Assembly: GCF_000400465.1 (NCBI RefSeq)
Contig: NW_008806277.1
Location: 144,001 to 268,000, forward strand
Reading direction: 5' to 3'
DNA length: 124,000 nt
Source of the DNA: Wallemia ichthyophaga EXF-994
Lineage: Eukaryota > Fungi > Basidiomycota
Under the pieces are notes generated by a model, which saw only the letters and a list, made by a program, of their open reading frames with translations, was not told the DNA's origin and did not search any database. Below are positions 118,556 through 124,000 of the stretch, one piece after another. A program made the translations under genes and the position numbers. Numbering within the stretch: the stretch's first letter is position 1; each line of letters starts with the position of its first letter.

Positions 118556-120783
118556 TGGATTCCTCAAGAGAAAGGTGTATACACGCTGCAGCACACAAAT
118601 CTAAGCGTTTGAGAGGAGATGCGGCATAATGTTAATAACGAGTCAGATTAAAACCATATTGATGCCTTTTTCTTGTCGTTATATTGGCTGTAGAAGTACC
118701 AAAACTGATATATTTAAAGCAACAATTACGTCCTTCTACACATCTTATGCTGCTGTCTAGTGTTGTGTTCACGTGCGCCTATAGTGATATCTGGATGTTA
118801 TTTCCATCGCCATACATACTGTCGAAACTGTATAAGTTTGGAAATTGACAATTTTGTTGAAAATTTTTGTATTTAGTGTCTCGATTTTTATAGTCTTACT
118901 TTTGACTTTCAAATAAGCAAGCTCTTTCACGATAAATCGGACAATCTAGTTCTCAACGAAATTACTAACGCGTCTGCGTGGTTGCTCGTTCTGCGCGTTC
119001 TGCGCGTTTCGCTCTCCTCTTTACGACACCATGTACATTTCATGTATACTAGTCCCAGCTCTGAGTTACTCCTAACATAGGCTCAACCTCCCTCAACTGG
119101 ATTGTTTGCCTTCTCGAACAATGTCTTCCCGCTCGTTGAATCAACTGCTCCACTTGCCTTTGTTGTCTTCTCTGTCCTCTTCTATTTCCCTTTATTGTCT
119201 ACTGGCTGAACACAATCCTCAATTGATGTTGTCCCCTGCTTCACCTCGCTGCGCGCGTCCTATATCTCAATGCAACCGCGTCACGCAACGAACACAATCG
119301 AATGGAGATGGCAATCCAATTATCAAGTTGGGAGCCATCCCATATACTTTTTTTCTGCCATGACGTAGCTGAATTTCATAGAAAACGACTGTATTGTGCG
119401 AAGTAAAAAAATCCCAAATGATGTCGGCATAATTATTGGCAAGAATAAACTGAATGACTTCTTTTTTAAGCCATCATTCATTTGCACCTTGTAAGCAAAC
119501 AGTCTTTCGGAGATAATGACAGTTAGGAAATGCACTACAGGGATTTTTCAGGGTGCTTGTATCGTATCTGAGAATGGGTACAATGATATAGTCGCTCAAG
119601 CTCAAGTCTATTGGAGGGAGTAACAAAATTGATAGCCATAGAGCAACGGTAGCATATTTAAAAACAGGGTTTTTGGATTCAGTTGTTCAGCTCTTGCGGG
119701 TGTATTAGGAAATATCAAGGATAGAACCTTCTAATAGAATACACTAAGAGTATGAGTAAAGCTAGGCTCCATACAACGCCAAGCAAAAGCCCAGGACTGT
119801 TCTCAAAGTTAACATTGATCTTAATGTTGTTACTACTTTGAAGGTATGAATTGCGACTTTTACTGAATTTACCGAAAGCAAATCTTAATTCACGAATCGC
119901 ATTATTTTCCCAAAAACTGTGACCATGTCCATGGTTTAAGTCATGACTGCCGAGTTCGGGGACTCAGCTCGAGCGAGTGTGGAGTTAAAATAAATTCAAC
120001 CGTAAGCGGTTGCGTTTGAAAGCATTCATCACGATATATTTCCAGATATTATGATACTTAGTGCCTACGTTTGCTGCCATGTGCTTTTGGGCTCTAGCGG
120101 GACGCTAGCTAGAGGTAACGGGGTATGCGTATATAACTACAGTACTTTAGCTTGTGTGCTGTGCGCTGTTTACATAGCTCGGAGTTAGGGTGGGGTGAGC
120201 TAGGTGAATGTGGAAAGTTCCAAATTAATACGCCAAATAATTCCGCAGGCTGCTATACTCCTCGCAAGCACCCTGATGCCACTGGTTTGAGCTGTTTGTT
120301 GCACAAAGAATTTGCTGGCGATAGCGCTGTTCTTCCTACGAAGGCCGAGTCCACTAAGATGCTCACTGCACTCATCAGACACCTTAGCCAGGTAGGTCAC
120401 TCTGTACTCGATTGGCTGCTTGTACTTGACAACACTATAATGTCAAGGAGTATTCCAGCAAGAAAGTGTCTTGCGGGAAAAAGCAGGAAGTGGTGATCAA
120501 ATATCTTGACTGGGTTCTCTTCATTGTCATTCTCAACGAAGATCACGCTGGTGTTGCTCCCTTCGCTAAGTTTTGTGCCAGCTGTGAGTACTCAAGAGCC
120601 AAGGGTCCGACCATCTTAATTTCTGTGGATGGTTTGGTGTGTATGGGGCGATGGCAGTGTGGTTGGTGCAGTAAGCACGTGTTATCTTGATTGCTGCGCT
120701 GTCGTGTACCTATATGTCTGCGCGTGTCCTGCCGGCGTGTGCTTTACGTATTATAATTTTGCTGACAACTCATTTTATGAATA

Positions 120784-120871
120784 GGCAGGATGGCCGAGTG
120801 GTCTAAGGCGCACGGTTAAGGCGACAGCATCCGTGTTCGAAAGAGCGAGGGTTCGAATCCCTCTCCTGTCA
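120784..120871 (+). tRNA. tRNA-Leu(AAG) with a ~8-nt intron
   Basis: Acceptor GGCAGGA/TCCTGTC, D-loop GGTCTAAGG, anticodon stem CACGG/CCGTG with TT-AAG-G, long variable arm, GGTTCGAATCC. Confidence 0.9.
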
Positions 120872-122008
120872 TATCTTTTGCTATCTGTGATAGCATTGCA
120901 GGACTCAGATATCGTCATTATTTTGCCGAATGCACTCTCACTATTACTTTGTGTCAGCTGCACTGTTCCCTTGCACTTTACCTCCACGCGGAGGTCTATT
121001 CAAATGGTATGGGTGCGCGGAAGACTGCCAACTTGAGCAATCTAGGTACCAGTTGAGGTGATTGGTGGTGCAAGTAGTTCGGGGGCGGGTTTGTCGTGTA
121101 TAGCGCAGTGAAGTGCTATGTTTTAGTCAAGCTGGATGTGGCAAGTTTTAAGGAGTGTTATTTGGTATCTAAACATATGAATACCCACTTTAATGGCTTC
121201 TACGATTCCAAAGCAGACTTAATCTCCTCATACCCTCAATATTTGAAATTTCGAAATGCACCAGGTGAAGCCAAAGTCGTGATTTCAAAGTTGGGCTGAC
121301 CCCCTCTTTTATATACGCAAAACTAATCTTCCGAGTGCGAAATGAGGCATAATAGCAATATTTTTCCCTGGGGCCAACATTAAGTCCTATAGACGCCATC
121401 CAAAGTAAGACGTTTTACGCGTTTATAGACCCGAATAATTCATATTTTTGGGTAATTATAGTCTCTATAAATTAAAAGACTTTGTTTTTTTTTCGATAAA
121501 GCGCGTGAAGTTCTCCACATTTATCCTATAGCGTGCTCTAGACAGATTTCGGATCATTGCTTCCGATCAGCGTGCAGGGCGCAATCTGGAGCGCCAGGAA
121601 TATAAATCTGGCAAATCTATATTCAATCTATCCAAAGCTACCAACCAAGCCTTTTTATTTCGAGATCATCAGAACACAATCACCCATCTGAGATGAGATG
121701 GATGGTAGTCGAGAAATGCAACTCGGTGGATATTGAACGGTTGGTTAACATTGGGATGTATTTGGAATGCTGAAGATACCAGAGAAATCGACGGTCTTGC
121801 TAAATTGTTCAAATCGTCAATATATGATATCGCTGCATTCCTCTCATTCTCTTGTTCGTTTTCAGGATGAACTGAGCAAATGATCCAATCGTTCAAGCCG
121901 CCCAGAGTACAAGATTCAAGCTCAATTCACCTTGCTACCACCAGTTTTTGGAACGCAGCGATCGATATCTATGCATACACATAATAATACAACAGAAAAA
122001 GCAACATT

Positions 122009-124000
122009 CTAAGAAGTGCAAGTAAGTTTGAAAGCATGATCGAACAAGCCGTACGATCTCAAATGAGGAATGGTGTGCCGTTCTACGGCTACCATTTCTT
122101 CATCGCTGAGTGAATTCTGCGATACTAAGCGAACATCCTTAGTGAGGTTAATAATCTGTAGCAACTTCCCACTTCTCTTCTGCCTCACTTCGATGAATCG
122201 CTCGCAAAACAGTATCAGATATTCACCGTCGACTGCAGCACTATTAACTGTTCCGTTCCATCTCAAAACGTTTGCATTCTTCAGTGGGACGCCCTTTTCG
122301 TTCACGTAGAGACCCATCGAATCGAACACTAGCACGTACTCTCCACTCTTGGTGGTGAAAAGTTCAATCGGTTTCAGCTTCCCTCTGTGAGACATCTCGG
122401 TGATATTGGCGAGGTTCGACTGGTACTGTTTGGCCTGCTGGCGGTCTCTGAATATGTTTGAATTGCTTCCATACAGCCTCGGAAGAACGAGGATGCGTCT
122501 ACTGTCTGTAGGATCTAGTACACGCAACGAGCCCTCATCAACAACTGCGACATGCTTGCTACTCGGGAATGGAAAGAGCACCCTAGCTGTTCCGGTAGTC
122601 TGCAAACCAATTGAAGGCATTGTCTCGCGTATCCACACCTCCCGCTTTGGTTTTTTTACCCTGTTCCTATCCTGATAAGCCTGTGTACGTGTGTTGATAG
122701 GCAAAGGCTCATAAAATTGCACCGTAGATTTATGCAGAGTCTTGTTTGAAACGTAAGTAATGAGCACCTTCTTCCCCACAGAGCTGCCGACTCTGTAGTA
122801 CGTCACCCTTTCACTGGAGCTGCACAAGCGTATTCTCCCAAACTTGCGTCTCGGTCCGTGCGAGCTAGTCGGGCATATCTCCTCGAGATCGTAGCCGTAC
122901 AGCTGCTCATCAACATGCAGAATGAGGAGACTGTATTGCGAAAGCACAGTGACGCCCTCGACGCCGTTCAAACCAATCACCTTCCTGTAGCTGTCCTTGT
123001 CATCTTCAAATCCCATGTACACGCCTTCGGGTGTGGCGAGCGTGACGTACTTCCTCGCTCCCCATTGAAAAATGCTCGCCGAGTTGATGCGGTGCGGACT
123101 TGCCTTGTTGTATTTGTCAGTATTTGCTAGGACCGACTGCTGGAAGATGTTGTCTGTGAGTGTGTGCGAGACCAATAGCTTGTTTGTTTCAACAAAGGCA
123201 CGCCGTATCACAATAGCCTCGCTGATCTGGGAGCCATGTGAGTAAGAACTGTCAGAGATATCACCTATCTCACCCTCGATTTCCACGTTTGTCTCTCTTC
123301 TGGCGTGGAGGCATATAACTTGTACTCCTTCCCATTGCCAATATTCTTCAGTATGAACCCATGTACCTCTCTCTCTGGTTCAGTGTGAGTGAAGAGAATT
123401 CTAGATCCTGGATAAAGTCAGTTAAATCTATCTCTACACGCACTACCACACACCATCGGATCTCCTCTCATCTGCAAGCAAGCAATTTGTGCGGTGTGTG
123501 GGTGATGGATTCTCATTGTCGATGTGGCATACCTCGAGCGGAATCGGCCTCGATGTGAGAGAATATCTGATAGGATCCGTCTTCTTCTTCTGGCCAGGTT
123601 CAGTGATGAGAATGTAGTTATCCAAAATAAACACCTTCTTAGCACGCCATCCATGTAAGTCAGTGGCTGCTCTCTCGCGTTTAAAGAGTAATCCTTCATA
123701 CAAGAGCGTGCGCAGATCGTTTAGCAAGTCAATATCATGCAACTCGCCGAGTTTAAAGTCTAGCGCAGATGCCATCTCCCAAAACTTAACTTTATTATTT
123801 GACTGCTCAATACCAGGCTGTGTAGATTTGGCAATATCTGAAATAGCTCGCGCTGCAATGGGTAGATTCTCCCTATCGCTGTGATCTTCAGGTGTATAGT
123901 CGAGCATTCTATTGAGCAGAAGTGGGTATCGAGGTAGTCTAAAAACAGGTCTTTGTAACAGAGCGATTATATTCTGTCTTTGGGCTTTTGGATGTCTCGA
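122009..124000 (-). CDS. Rom2-like RhoGEF (DH-PH-CNH), 3' part
   Basis: RLPRYPLLLNRMLDYTP.DH.D (DH end), LLYEG.L...ILDNYILI (PH), CNH domain ORF 122009-123286. Confidence 0.85.

Noticed and set aside
121640-121960. Possible exon fragments downstream of the RhoGEF gene
   Set aside because: Splice-like signals are present, but there is no start codon or recognisable product.
1-124000. CRISPR arrays, rDNA, intact transposons or prokaryotic operons
   Set aside because: None seen; the sequence is intron-rich fungal nuclear DNA.

Overview
Gene-dense eukaryotic DNA from a compact-genome basidiomycete fungus. The ~45-55 nt GT-AG introns, micro-exons, tiny intergenic gaps and protein sequences fit Wallemia best; this is an inference, not a database result. 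About 70 protein-coding genes are supported, mostly housekeeping, plus one intron-containing tRNA-Leu(AAG). No intact transposon, rDNA or CRISPR array was seen. The main anomaly is an ~8.5 kb AT-rich gene-free domain (71.6-80.1 kb). It holds a near-perfect 1,603-bp inverted repeat (73409-75011 / 76091-77693) around a ~1.08 kb unique core, matching the architecture of inverted-repeat centromeres in Komagataella phaffii and Candida tropicalis. Other highlights: a PMP3 gene that needs a single-nucleotide exon; an H/ACA snoRNA flanked by a perfect 18-bp stem in the RPL28 intron; seven head-to-head gene pairs with start codons only 17-35 nt apart, several sharing CTTGGT; a ~2 kb tandem duplication with an identical orphan RPL28 exon; a DeSI/PPPDE-thioredoxin protein lacking its catalytic Cys; and two related F-box relics. 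Exon boundaries were read by eye and may be off by a few bases.
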